Origin: Mobula hypostoma
Lineage: Eukaryota
DNA: 64,000 nucleotides
Direction of reading: 5' to 3'
Assembly (NCBI RefSeq): GCF_963921235.1
Contig: NC_086098.1
Coordinates: 154,566,001-154,630,000, forward strand
Numbering within the stretch: position 1 is the stretch's first letter; each line of letters begins with the position of its first letter. The notes beneath the pieces are model-generated. The model made no database searches. It was given only the letters and a program-made list of their open reading frames with translations, and was not told the DNA's origin. Of the stretch, positions 11,780 to 24,000 are shown piece after piece. Both the position numbers and the translations under genes were made by a program.

Positions 11780-11880
11780 CCCCGCCTATTTCCTGAAATA
11801 AAGATCCAATTCGTTCGTGAGTAGAGATTTGCATGAATATATAGTTCAGTGACGTCGCATCTTCTTCAGTTTTTAAGGAG
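11780..11880 (+). promoter_or_regulatory. IgL cluster 1 promoter: GC box, ETS-like site, CCAAT, octamer, TATA-like
   Basis: CCCCGCC 11780, ATTTCCTG 11788, CCAAT 11806, ATTTGCAT 11827-11834, TTTTAA 11871; the octamer lies ~125 bp upstream of the ATG, in the light-chain orientation. Confidence 0.85.
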
Positions 11881-11954
11881 CAGCTTCGAAACAGCCCTGA
11901 ACAGGACTCGTGTCCGAAAGCTTTTGACTGCCGATTCGTCTTTTCTGCTTCACG

Positions 11955-12003
11955 ATGGCTAAATGGGTCCAGGTTCTAGCCGCGCTTGTGTTCTGTTTGT
12001 TCA
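11955..12003 (+). CDS. IGL: Ig lambda cluster 1 leader exon (MAKWVQVLAALVFCLF)
   Basis: Hydrophobic signal peptide; phase-1 GTAAGT donor at 12004; 91-bp intron ending in CAG at 12094. Confidence 0.92.
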
Positions 12004-12094
12004 GTAAGTAGAATGCTTAATCTTTGCCAATACTGTCCTTTCTACTGTGTATTTTACTTAAGGTTTTTAAATAATTATTTGTTATTTTCGCCAG

Positions 12095-12442
12095 CTGCAA
12101 ACGCGGAGATGACTTTGACTCAGTCTCCGTCTGTATCGGCGTCTCCGGGTAGAACCGTGAAGATCATTTGTACCATGTCAGGGGGTAGCATCGGCAGCTA
12201 CTACACGAGCTGGTACATGCAGAAACCCGGCAGCGCCCCAGTTTTTGTGTGGTATGGAAGCTCCACGAGAGGATCAGGAATTCCAGATCGATTCACCGGT
12301 TCCATAGACACATCAAGCAACCAAATGCATTTAACCATCACCAACGTGCAATGGCAGGACGCCGCCGATTATTACTGTGGTGTCTGGGACGATAACATAT
12401 ACAGATTCACCTTTGGGAGAGGAACCAGACTGAATTTCAACA
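12095..12442 (+). CDS. IGL: Ig lambda (type II) germline-joined V-J exon, cluster 1; open frame; no own C exon
   Basis: [16 protein letters not shown]...[28 protein letters not shown]; GTAAGT donor at 12443; no RSS between V and J. Confidence 0.95.
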
Positions 12443-13109
12443 GTAAGTTAATATTTGGTGGGCTGAGATCGCGTTTAAATTTTGTTTGTTATTTCTTTCG
12501 TTTGTACCTTGGAATAATGTTATCTGTTCTTCGAACCTGTTTACAGAGCGCTTCCCATTGCAGCTCTACAATACCGCAGGCAGAAAGCTCGCACATATGC
12601 ATCCTGTTTGCTTGGTACTGTTACTTAATTTAGCTGAAAACTATTTTCTAAAAACCCTGAGTTCATTGAAGTAAGATTTTTTAAATAGCTTCGTGAATAC
12701 ATGCTACTTGCTGTTAGCGAGGTTTCCTTAGAATTTTCCCAGGGAACAGAGAAGTGATTTATTAAAATATATTCACAACTGTGAGGTTTTCCATTAGACA
12801 GCAGAGGTAAAGTCGTGTTTAGAGCCAGCAAGTGCTTGTATGAGGGATCTAAATGCCAATCGTCCTGAATGCATTTTGTTATTTTTTTTATTATTTATGC
12901 TAATATTACTATATTGTTGTGCTTGAGTTATATGTACTGTGTTGTGCACCTTCGTCTCCAAGAACGTTATGTTTGACCATATACGTGTATACAGTTGACT
13001 GCCAATAAATTTTATCCTGAACCTGAAGCTTCATGGGGACAAGAGCAGAGCTGTGAATGTTAACGAATTGCAATGGAGAATTTCTATTTACGTAAGATCT
13101 TAAAACAAA

Positions 13110-15610
13110 GGAGCAGGATTAGGAAATTCTACCTAACGGGTCCGCTCGGCCATTCGATCATCGCCGGTTTATTTTCTCTCGAACCCATTCTACTGTCTTC
13201 TCTCCATAACCATTGATGTCACTACTAATCAAGAAACTATAAAACGCCGTTTTAAAAATACCCAAAGACGTCGTCTTCACAGCCTCCTTTGGCAATATAT
13301 TCCACAGATTCACCACTCTCAGATCTAGACTCTCGCACTATAGCGAGCATCCTCCAACTTCCTCTCAATCTAGGTCTTTCAGTATTCGGTAGGATAAAAT
13401 GAGATCCCCTCACATTCTTCTGAACTGCAGCGTGTACAGACTCAGGGCCATCAAATACTTTATACTTTAACTCTTTCATTTTCGGGAACATTCCTGTAAA
13501 CATCCTCTGGTCCCTCTCCAATGCCAGCACAAACTTTCTTAGAAATGTAGCCCAAAACTGCTCACAATTCTCTAAATGTGGTCTGACAAATGTCTCTTGA
13601 AGCCTAGGCATTGTCTCCTTGCTTTTACATTCTACTCATCTCAAAGTGAATACTAACCTTGCTCTTGCCTGCAAGTTAACAGTTAGGGAATCCTGCACGA
13701 GGACTTCCAAGTCTCATTGCACCTCCGACTTCTTAATTCGGTCCTCGTTCAGAAAGAAGTCTATACCTTTATTCCTTCTGCCATAGTGCACGACCATACT
13801 ATTTTCTACACTGTATTCCATCTGCCATTTCTCTGCCCATTCTCCTGATCCGTCAAGATCCTTCTGGGGACTCCTACTACCTCAACACTGCCTGCTCCTC
13901 CACCTATCTTTGCACCATCCGCAAACGTGTCCACAAATCCATAAATCCCGTCATTCAGATCATTAATTTTTAGTGGACTCAACACGAATCCTTGCAGAAC
14001 ACCACTTGTCACCGGTAGCCAACCAGAAAACATTATTCTTACGCTTTTCTCCTGCCAGTCAGACAATGCTCCATCCATGCTTGTACCTTTGCTGTAACAT
14101 CATGTGCTCTTAACCTGTTAGGCAGCCTGATGAGTGACTCCTTCTCAATGGCCTTCCAAAATTCAAAGTAAACACCGTTCACTGGCTCTCATTTGTTTAC
14201 CCTCCCTGGTGTTTTCCCAAGGAATGTCAGCAGATTTGTCAACAAGTACCAATTGGCCCGAAATTTCGTCCTTACTGTTTTCCCGTTTTTGCCACCAAAG
14301 TGGATAACCTCACATTTATCCACATTAAATTGCATCTGCCATGAATTTGCCCACTCACCTAACCTATCCAAGTCACCCTGCATCCTCTTAGCATCTTCCT
14401 CACAGCTAACACTGCCGCCCAGCTTCGTGTCATCCGCAAACTTGGAGATGCTGCATTTAATTCCCTCATCTAAGTCATTAATATATATTGTAAACAACTG
14501 GGGTCCCAGCACTGAGTCTTGCGGTACCCCACTAGTCACTGCCTGCCATTCTGAAAAGGTCCCGTTTATTCCCACTCTTTGCATCCTGTCTGCCAAACAA
14601 TTCTCTATCCACATCAATACCTTACCCCCAATACCGTGTGCTTTAAGTTTGTACACTAATCTCCTGTGTGGGACCTTGTCAAAAGCCTTTTGAAAATCCA
14701 AATATACTACATCCACTGGTACTCTTTCAATTTTGTTGACATCTTTGCTGAAGGTAGGAAGGTGTCCCAAGCAGCACACAATTTAGGAACGACTTACTAA
14801 CATCCATGTACGTCACATCTACAGCTCTACTTTTATCAATTTGTTGAGTCACTTTCCCGAAAAAGTCAATCAGGTTCGTGAGACCATGAAACGTCCCTCA
14901 CAAAGCCGTGTTGTATGTAATCAGACTATGCTTCTCCAAATGCTCCCAGATCCTGCCTTTAAGAATCATTTCCAAAGTTTGACCACCACTGACATGATGC
15001 TCACTTGTTTATAATTCCCAGGGTTATCCCTAATCCCTTTCTTCAACAATAATATTTGAGACCCTCCAATCTTCTGGTACTCCTCCAGTGGCTTGTGACA
15101 GATATCACCAAGAGAGAACACTCCCTTCCCTCGCTTCCCGTAGTAACCAGGGTATACCCCATTTGGCCTCAGGGACTTATGTATTTTTTTCAAAAGTTCG
15201 AGAATGTCCTCTTTCTTACCGTCACATGTTCTATGCATGTCAGCCTGTTTTATGCTGTCCATACACAAGTGGTGAATACTGAAGAAAACTATTCATTAAA
15301 TACCTCCTCAATCTCCTCCGACTCCAAGGACATGGTTCCTCTGCTTTTACTCAATCTACTCATCCCTCTGTTCTTCGCCTTCCTGTAGAGCGTCTTGGGG
15401 TTTTGCTTAATCATACTAGCCAATCCCTCCTAGCTCACCTAAATTCATTCCTCACACAGTGACTCTATAAACAATCTCTCCACGACATCCTGCCTTTCTG
15501 TAGCTGCGATACTCTCCCTGATTGGCAATGCCACTCCTCCACCTCTTCTAACTGCCTCCCCGTCTTTCTTTGAAATATCTAAACCTGGGAACATCCAAGA
15601 GCTATTGCTG
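13110..15610 (-). mobile_element. Composite of decayed CR1-like LINE fragments spanning the cluster 1 deletion junction
   Basis: Minus-strand ORFs with VYLDFQKAFDKVPH, GVPQDSVLGP and FADDTK motifs. Confidence 0.85.
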
Positions 15611-15702
15611 CCTCTGTAACAGCCAAGATTATGTAATGGTTTATATTGTGGATCGGAAATGAGATCGTTTCTTCCAAAACTAAAAAGTCATATGCATGTT
15701 AT

Positions 15703-16144
15703 AAAAACGCAAACAGCAGGAATTCTGCAGATGCTGGAAATTCAAGCAACACACATCAAAGTTGCTGGTGAACGCAGCAGGCCGGGCAGCATCTCTAGGA
15801 AGAGGTACAGTCGACGTTTCAGGCCGAGACCCTTCGTCAGGAGTAACTGAAGGAAGAGTTAGTAAGAGATTTGAAAGTGGGAGGGGGAGGGGGAGGGGGA
15901 GATCCAAAATGATAGGAGAAGACAGGAGGGGGAGGGATGGAGCCAAGAGCTGGACAGGTGATTGGCAAAGGGGATATGAGAGGATCATGGGACAGGAGGT
16001 CCGGGGAGAAAGACAAGGGGAGGGGGGAACCCAGAGGATGTTAGTCCTGACGAAGGGTCTCGGCCTGAAACGTCGATTGTACCTCTTCCTAGAGATGCTG
16101 TCTGGCCTGCTGCGTTCTCCAGCAACTTTGATGTGTGTTGTCAG
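15703..16144. mobile_element. Short Penelope-derived insertion made of two inverted 3' ends, each with a hammerhead motif (15809-15844 minus; 16043-16078 plus)
   Basis: 11-bp TSD ATGCATGTTAT at 15692-15702 and 16145-16155; empty paralogous site at ~43850. Confidence 0.88.
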
Positions 16145-16739
16145 ATGCATGTTATTATCGCTTTCCAGAATAATGCAAGGTCGGTAGCTTTCGTCATCAG
16201 CTCGGCCATTATAAAATCGCTTGTATGCTCATCCCTTCATTAGAGACACTTATTAGAAGTCGCAGGAATTTCAGTCAATATTTGAATCTGCCTTTCGCAG
16301 GAACGCCGAGATTAACTGTCTTTTTACACCGGCTCCTTGCGTACTGTAACGCGTTGGTGAATGATAAAACCGCCTCTAACTACAGCTCCTCCAGGAATGG
16401 AGTTCTCTGTCTGTCTAGGTTCAGGAAGCGGGCAGAACACTGGAGTGAGGGCAGAATAATAGGTGATAACGTACTGGCATGGATAGAAAACTGATTGTCT
16501 GGCAAAAACTGAAGTGCAGACATAAAGAGCCGATTCTCTGGAATGATATATTTAAGATTCTGTGAAAGACTTCAGATCCTTCCACTTCACTGATGACAAG
16601 AAGACAAATAGGTAATTAAATTGCGAAGAGGAAGTCAAAAAGCTCCAGAGGAATATTGAGACTCTGAATGGGTGAGCTATGGGTAATGTTTCTAGAGTGC
16701 AGAAAAAACGCAAGAATTCAAATACAGAAATAATATAGA

Positions 16740-17426
16740 AACCGAGAAACATAGAAAATACGTGCAGGAGTAGGCCATTCAGCCCTTCGAGCCAGCACCG
16801 CCATTCAGTATGATCATGGCTGATCATCCAACTGAGAACCCTGCTGTGAGGGTATCCAGGAATACCCCTATTAACTGTTTGAAGAGAGAGAGATAGTTAT
16901 TTATCATAGATGGTTTGTTTTGAAAAGAGAGAGAGAGAGACGAAGATTGACGGTTGGACTGTCTCGTTACGGCACGGGAGGTAGCTTTGGATTTTTACTT
17001 TGGAGACAGCACCAAGCAGCTCGAAAGTTGCAATGATGACCGACAGCACATTATTGATGTTACTTTCAAGAGCAGATCTGCTTGCTGGGATTCTTTGAAT
17101 GACAGGTGATGCTCAGCGCGGTTAGATAAATAGGAGGTCAGATGATACAGACCTGCGACACATGATCTGGACACGGAACAAGCATTGTTTGTGCCCGCAG
17201 AAAAAGTGGGTTTTGGAGGATCGATCAGGCGGATCGATCCAATTGCTCCACCAGTGAAGGAGAAAGGGTTGACTGGTGGGGAGTTGTCTATGTGTCCACC
17301 GTTGCCGGGGTGATATCTCCACCACAGGAAAGCCGGTCCCCCTTGTTAAAGTCACAGTCGGTGACTTGTGAAGGATTTCGGAGGACGACGAGAGGATCGA
17401 CGGCAACAGATCACCTGAAGACTCAA

Positions 17427-17471
<45 letters not shown>

Positions 17472-18310
17472 GATTCAACTAAATACCACGAACTGAACTG
17501 AACTGAACTTTCCTCAACGTCGTAAGACTGTGCTGTATTTTTTTACCCTGGACTTAAAGAAGCTTGGTTTTTCATATGTATATTTCCACACTGACTGATC
17601 TACTTACTTATATATATAATCATTGCCAACCTGGTTGATTTATTTACATTCATATTAATGTATTGCGTAGTTACTAATAAATATTATTAGTTTATAACAA
17701 AAATAGACTCCAAAGTGCTTTCCATCTCTGCTGGTTCTTTATTCCCGTCACGGGGTACGTGATACTGCCTTCACTCCGTACCCCCTGATCCCTTTAGCCA
17801 CAAGGGCCATATCTAACTCCCTCTTAAATATAGCCAATGAACTGGCCTCAACTGTTTCCTGTGGCAGAGAATTCCACAGATTCACCACTCTCCTTGTGAA
17901 GAAGCTTTTCCTCATCTCGGTCCTAAAAGGTTTCCCCTTTATCTTGAAACTGTAACCCCTCGTTCTGGTCTTCCCCAACATCGGGAACAATCGTCCTACA
18001 TCAAGCCTGTCCAATCCCTTTAGAATTTTACACGTTTCAATAAGATCCCCCCCCCCAATCTTCTAAATTCCAGAGAGTATAAGCCTAGTCAATCCAGTCT
18101 TTCATCATATGAAAGTCCTGCCATCCCAGGAATCAATCTGGTAAACCTTCTTTGTACTCCCTCTATGGCAAGAATGTCTTTCCTCAGATTAGGGGACCAA
18201 AACTGCACACAATACTCCAGGTGTGGTTTCACCAAGGCCTTGTACTACTGCAGTTGTACCTCCATGCTCCTGTACTCGAATCCTCTTGCTATGAATGCCA
18301 ATGAATATTG
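16740..18310 (-). mobile_element. CR1-like LINE 3' end, interrupted by a solo LTR
   Basis: ORF 17748-18014 is similar to the CR1 ORF2 C-terminus (TRGYSFK...SFFTRRVVNLWNSLP). Confidence 0.8.
16845..17764 (+). mobile_element. Solo LTR (920 bp)
   Basis: TGTGAGGG...CGTGATA termini; 4-bp TSD CTGC at 16841-16844 and 17765-17768; internal (GA)n, (CT)n and GAACT repeats. Confidence 0.75.
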
Positions 18311-20357
18311 GCATTTATGAATATGTGAATATCAAGCTGCTGCGCAGTTGGACAATAAATGGGAATTGGGACGTGGAATGTAACTTGGAATGACTGAAGT
18401 AGAAACTGAGGAAAATTACACCAGAGAGGGAGACTTCCGTGGTTAGAGCTAATCTGGAATATGAAATTCACTTACATAAAAGGACATCAGCGTGCATTTA
18501 ATGGATTTGTGTGTGGCGCAGCGAGAAGTCATTAAAAACGTGTTGGGCTTTAAATGTTTACACTATGGGTCCAGATTATATAGAAATGAATTAAATATCA
18601 GCATTTATGTTTCAAATCGCTGTACGTTGTAGACAGGATAAATGAATGATCGAATCTGAGATGAAGTGATTAAAGAACCTATGAAGTACTTGGAAGAGGG
18701 TTTCAAACTTTAAAAGTGATAAAGGGAAATAGTTCCTTAAACAAAGACCAGTGCAGATTCCAGTAACCTGGACTCTCTCCGAATCTCTTTTTTTTTTGGC
18801 ATTAATGTCACGGTGGTAGTATTCAGACGGTTCTGGCGGATAAGGTAAATCGTCAGTCTCAAAATAATCCGTTATCAAAGTCACAGATCAGCATCGGACC
18901 CAACCGTCTTATACTGCAGCAGAATTGAGCTCTCAACATCATAAACCGAGATTTGGAGATACACCTTCCATGACGTCGGAGTAGACAAATACTTGGTTGA
19001 TTGCGGCAGCTAAGCGATGCTCGGCTTGTCAATCCACCGTACCAAAGCCTGCAACTGTTTGAAATATCTATTATTCCGAACTACTGCTGAAGCGGGCCTG
19101 ATTACAGTTTTTCTTACGACCTTCTTATCCAGACCAATTTGTCCATGGCTATCTTTGGTTCTGTTTCGTATAGGTACAATCACAAAAAATGACAAAATAG
19201 TATTACCCATTCCTGAAAAGCATAAACTGCCCTACAAATCTAGAGGGGAAGTGACTTGAATTGCCAAGATCTGGTTTCTGTTATTTAGGGATTGCAAGAG
19301 GCACAAAAGAGCTATACAATTGTAATTCCGTTTTGCTGACATTTGGAAATGTTTCAAGCTTGTCCTCTATTTGGTTGTATCAATTGGGTACCATGTGACA
19401 AGCCTCCAAATCGTTGATCTGTTACCTTGCAACCTCTGCAAATAACAGTAATGCTCAACCTACTGTGATGAACCCCTAGGTTTATCTAGCCGTGGACTGT
19501 CATTTTTAAGAGAGAATGCCTGACAGACGTCAGCCGCCGGCGTTCTTGGCTCCTGTTTGATTCTTACCAAGAGAGAGAGAGAGAGGAGCGGAGCCATGGG
19601 ACTTTGCAGCTTGTTTTGATTTAAGCAAGCACGCTCACTCACACACAGTCAGTCGCAGTTGGAGTCAGACAATGTAAGGAATCCAGTGACTAATGAGTCA
19701 CTGGTAGGAACTTTTGAGTGCCCACAAGGGTGGGTTGAGTATCGATCGAGCACATCGATAAATAGTTATCACGTTGTGTGATTGGAGCAACCTTGTGGAA
19801 TCTACCTATGTGTTAACCTTTGCCTGGGTAGTAGATCCTTTTGAAGACAGTACCCCGTGATAAGCTACTGTTGGTGATAATTCGTAAGTGGATTTGGAAC
19901 GACGACGGGTAAAACCTACGGCGATTGCTACCCTGTTTACCACCGTGGAAGCTGTGGAATACGACATAAAGGCCTTCTCTCGATATTCACCTTGGATTAC
20001 AAATATCTCTCGCACATCCTTTAAACCGTGGAAATTTCATACCTTCTCAAGATTTTAAGGCTGGTGCTCCCTTCTCCCAACCCCCCCCCCCCACCCCCCG
20101 CCGAGTTCAATAGTTTGGGAGTTACATTTACACATATGTATACTCATAACACTGTTAACTTTTGATTATTCTTGATTAAGTTGCTATATTAAGTAGATAC
20201 GAACAAAGATAGTGATTTTAACATCGAAACCAGACTCCAGGTGTGGTCAGTTGCAGCTGGTTTATTTGTACTGTTACGGGTACGTAACAAAAATTGGGGG
20301 CTGGACCGGGATATGAACAAATTTGGGAGCTTATTGATTGATCAAATATCGATTTGA

Positions 20358-23300
20358 TTGGGGAAATCCCTTCTGATTTATTTGTGTATGGGAATCCGCT
20401 GCAATAGTATTAAGGACTTTTTGGGAGATCTAACCCCCGAGGCATTAGAAAAAGCCAAAAATGATGAAGTGTTGGCTGTTGCCAATGCGCTGCACCATAC
20501 TGGGATAAAACGGGCTATGAGGAAGCCAGAGATTCAGAGGAAATTAGTTGAGTATTATATATCTACGAAGGTGTTTGATGAGGAGGTGATAAATAGGTTT
20601 CCTGTGAGTAAAGAGGAGATCCATTTACGACTGGAACTATTGAAGTTTGATATGATTAAAGTAGAGGCTGAGGAAAAAGAAACACAGAGGCAGTTTGATG
20701 CCAGAGAGGCAGACAAACAGAGGGAGGAAGCATAAAAACAGAGGCGGTTTCAGCTGGAAAAGATAGAGCAATTGCAGCAAGGAGGTCTAGTGCTAGACCC
20801 TGGCTATGGGTTTACTGCCAGTTGGGAGGTTAAATTGGTACCTCCATTTGCCGAAGCAGAAACTGATAAATACTTCTTGCATTTTGAAAAGCTGGTTCAG
20901 AGTCAAAAGTGGCCGAAAAAAAGTGGGCCTGTTTTGTTACAAAGTGTATTTAAGGGTAAAGCCCAACAAGCTTATTCGACCCTATCACTTGAACTTGCAG
21001 CTAATTATGATATTGTGAAACGGGCAGTGCTTAAATCTTATGAGTTGGTTCCGGAACCTCATAGGCAAAAGTTTAGAAATTTGAAGACGTCTATGAACCA
21101 GACTTAGCAGGCAACTGCAGGAAACATAAAGTTGTGGTGGTAGGGGATTTTAATTTTCCATACATTGATTGGGACTCCCATACTGTTAGGTGTCTAGATG
21201 GTTTAGAGTTTATAAAATGTGTTCAGGAACGTTTTCTAAATCAATATATAGAGGCTCCAACTAGAGGGGATGCAATATTGGATCTCCTGTTAAGTAACGA
21301 ATTAGGGCAAGTGACAGAAGTCTGCGTAGGGGAGCACTTTGGTTCCAGTGATCATAACACCATTAGTTTCAATTTGATCATGGACAAGAATAGATCTAGT
21401 CCTAGGGTTGAGGTTCTGAACTGGAAGAAGGCCAAATTTGAAGAAATGAGAAAGGATCTAAAAAGCGTGGATTGGGACAGGTTGTTCTCTGGCAAAAATG
21501 TGATTGGTAGGTGGGAAGCCTTCAAACGGGAAATTTTGAGAGTGCAGAGTTTGTATGTTCCTGTCAGGATTAAAGGCAAATTGAATAGGAATAAGGAACC
21601 TTGGTTCTCAAGGGATATTGCAACTCTGGTAAAGAAGAAGAGGGAGTTGTATGAAATGTATAGGAAACAGGGGGTAAATCAGGTGCTTGAGGAGTATAAG
21701 AAGTGCAAGAAAATACTTTAGAAAGAAATCAGGAGGGCTAAAAGAAGACATGAGGTTGCCTTGGCAGTCAAAGTGAAGGATAATCCAAAGAGCTTTTACA
21801 AGTATATTAAGAGCAAAAGGGTTGTCAGGGATAAAATTAGTCCTCTTGAAGGTCAGAGTGGTCGGCTTTGTGCGGAACCAAAGGAAATGGGGGAGATCTT
21901 AAATAGGTTTTTTTGCGTCTGTATTTACTAAGGAAGCTGGCATGAAATCTATGGAATTGAGGGAATCAAGAAGTGAGACCATGGAAACTGTACAGATTGA
22001 AAAGGAGGAGGTGCTTGCTGTCTTGAGGAAAATTAAAGTGGATAAATCCCCGGGACCTGACAGAGTGTTCCCTCGGACCCTGAAGGAGACTAGTGTTGAA
22101 ATTGCGGGGGCCCTGGCAGAAATATTTAAAATGTCGCTGTCTACGGGTGAAGTGACGGAGGATTGGAGAGTGGCTCGTGTTGTTCCGTTGTTTAAAAGAG
22201 GATCGAAAAGTAATCCGGGAAATTATAGGCCGGTGAGTTTCACGTCAGTAGTAGGTAAGTTATTGGAGGGAGTACTAAGAGACAGAATCTACAGCATTTG
22301 GATAGACAGGGGCTTATTAGGGAGAGTCAACATGGCTTTGTGTGTGGTAGGTCATGTTTGACCAATCTGTTGGAGTTTTTCGAGGAGGTTACCAGGAAAG
22401 TGGATGAAGGGAAGGTACTGGATATTGTCTACATGGACTTCAGTAAGGCCTTTGACAAGGTCCCGCATGGGAGGTTAGTTAGGAAAATTCAGTCGCTAGG
22501 TATACATGGAGAGGTGGTAAATTGGATTAGACATTGGCTCGATGGAAGAAGCCAAAGAGTGGTCGTACAGAATTGCTTCTCTGAGTGGAGGCCTGTGACT
22601 AGTGGTATGCCACAGGGATCAGTGCTGGGTACATTGTTATTTGTCATCTATATCAATGATCTAGATGATAATGTGGTAAATTGGATCAGCAAGTTTGCTG
22701 ATGATACAAAGATTGGAGGTGTAGTAGACAGTGAGAAAGGTTTTCAGAGCCTGCAGAGGGACTTGGACCATCTGGAAAAATGGGCTGAAAAAATGGCAGA
22801 TGGAGTTTAATGCAGACAAGTGTGAGGTATTGCACGCTGGAAGGACAAACCAACGTAGAACATACAGGGTTAATGGTAAGGCACTGAGGAGTGCAGTGGA
22901 ACAGAGGGATCTGGGAATACAGATACAAAATTCCCTAAAAGTGTCGTCACAGGTAGATAGGGTCATAAAGAGAGTTTTTGGTACATTGGCCTTTATTAAT
23001 CGAAGTATTGAGTATAAAAGCTGGAATGTGATTGGTGAGGCCGAATCTGGAGTATTGTGTTCAGTTTTGGTCACCAAATTACAGGAAGGATATAAATAAG
23101 GTTGAAAGAGTGCAGAGAAGGTTTACAAGGATGTTGCCGGGACTTGAGAAACTCAGTTACAGAGAAAGGATGGATAGGTTAGGACTTCATTCCCTGGAGC
23201 GTAGAAGAATGAGGGGAGATTTGATAGAGGTATATAAAATTATGACGGGTATAGATAGAGTGAATGCAAGCAGGTTTTTTCCATTGAGGCAAGAGGAGAA

Positions 23301-24000
23301 AAAAACCAGAGGACATGGGTTAAGGGTGCGGGGAGAAAAGTTTAAAGGGAACATTGGGGGGGGGGCGTCTTCACACAGAGAGTAGTGAGAGTATGGAATG
23401 AGCTGCCAGACGAGGTGGTAAATGCGGGTTCTTTTTTAACATTTAAGAATAAATTGGACAGATACATGGATGGGAGGTGTATGGAGGGATATGGTCCGTG
23501 TGCAGGTCAGTGGGACTAGGCAGAAAATGGTTCGGCACAGCCAACAAGGGCCAGAGGGCCTGTTTCTGTGCTGTAGTTTCTCTGGTTCTACGGTTCTATG
23601 ATTCTATGTGGAATTTCCTTATGAAAAGTTTGTGTATTTTGATCGCTGGTGCACATCTAAAATTGTGAATGATGATTCTAATAGCTTGAAAGAGTTGGTT
23701 TTGATTGAAGAATTCAAAAGGCGTGTCCCTGATGAGATAAAGACATATTTAAATTAAAAGGATGCTGCCACTTTGCAGGAGTCTTCTAGATTAGCAGATG
23801 AGTATGCTTTAACCTACAAGGTTATGTTTACCCCGAATAAGAACTTCCTAAAGAGTAGTAGGGATAACCCGCAGGATGAACCAGAAATTAGCTAGGGAGC
23901 TAGTGACAAAAGTAAGGATGAAGGGAGGAGGTCGAAGGAGAAATATTCTGGTCTTACTTGTTGCTATTGTAAAAAGCCTGGTCATATGATGACTAATTGT
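20358..24000 (+). pseudogene. Gypsy gag with CCHC zinc knuckle, split by a CR1 insertion at 21106-23605
   Basis: ...KFRNLKTSMNQT then YVEF joins across the insertion; CX2CX4HX4C at 23959-24000. Confidence 0.8.
21106..23605 (+). mobile_element. CR1 LINE (APE C-terminus, RT, 3' tail) inserted in Gypsy gag
   Basis: VVGDFNFP, GSSDHN, YMDFSKAFDKVPH and FADDTK motifs; GTTCTA(C/T)G tail repeats. Confidence 0.9.

Noticed and set aside
11986-12633. 215-aa ORF as a single-exon protein with a hydrophobic tail
   Set aside because: It reads through the leader intron and past the canonical J donor at 12443; the true exon is 12095-12442
15455-15461. RSS heptamer CACAGTG (and CACTGTG at 57904)
   Set aside because: No nonamer at 12- or 23-bp spacing after 15461; both heptamers lie inside TEs, away from V and J ends
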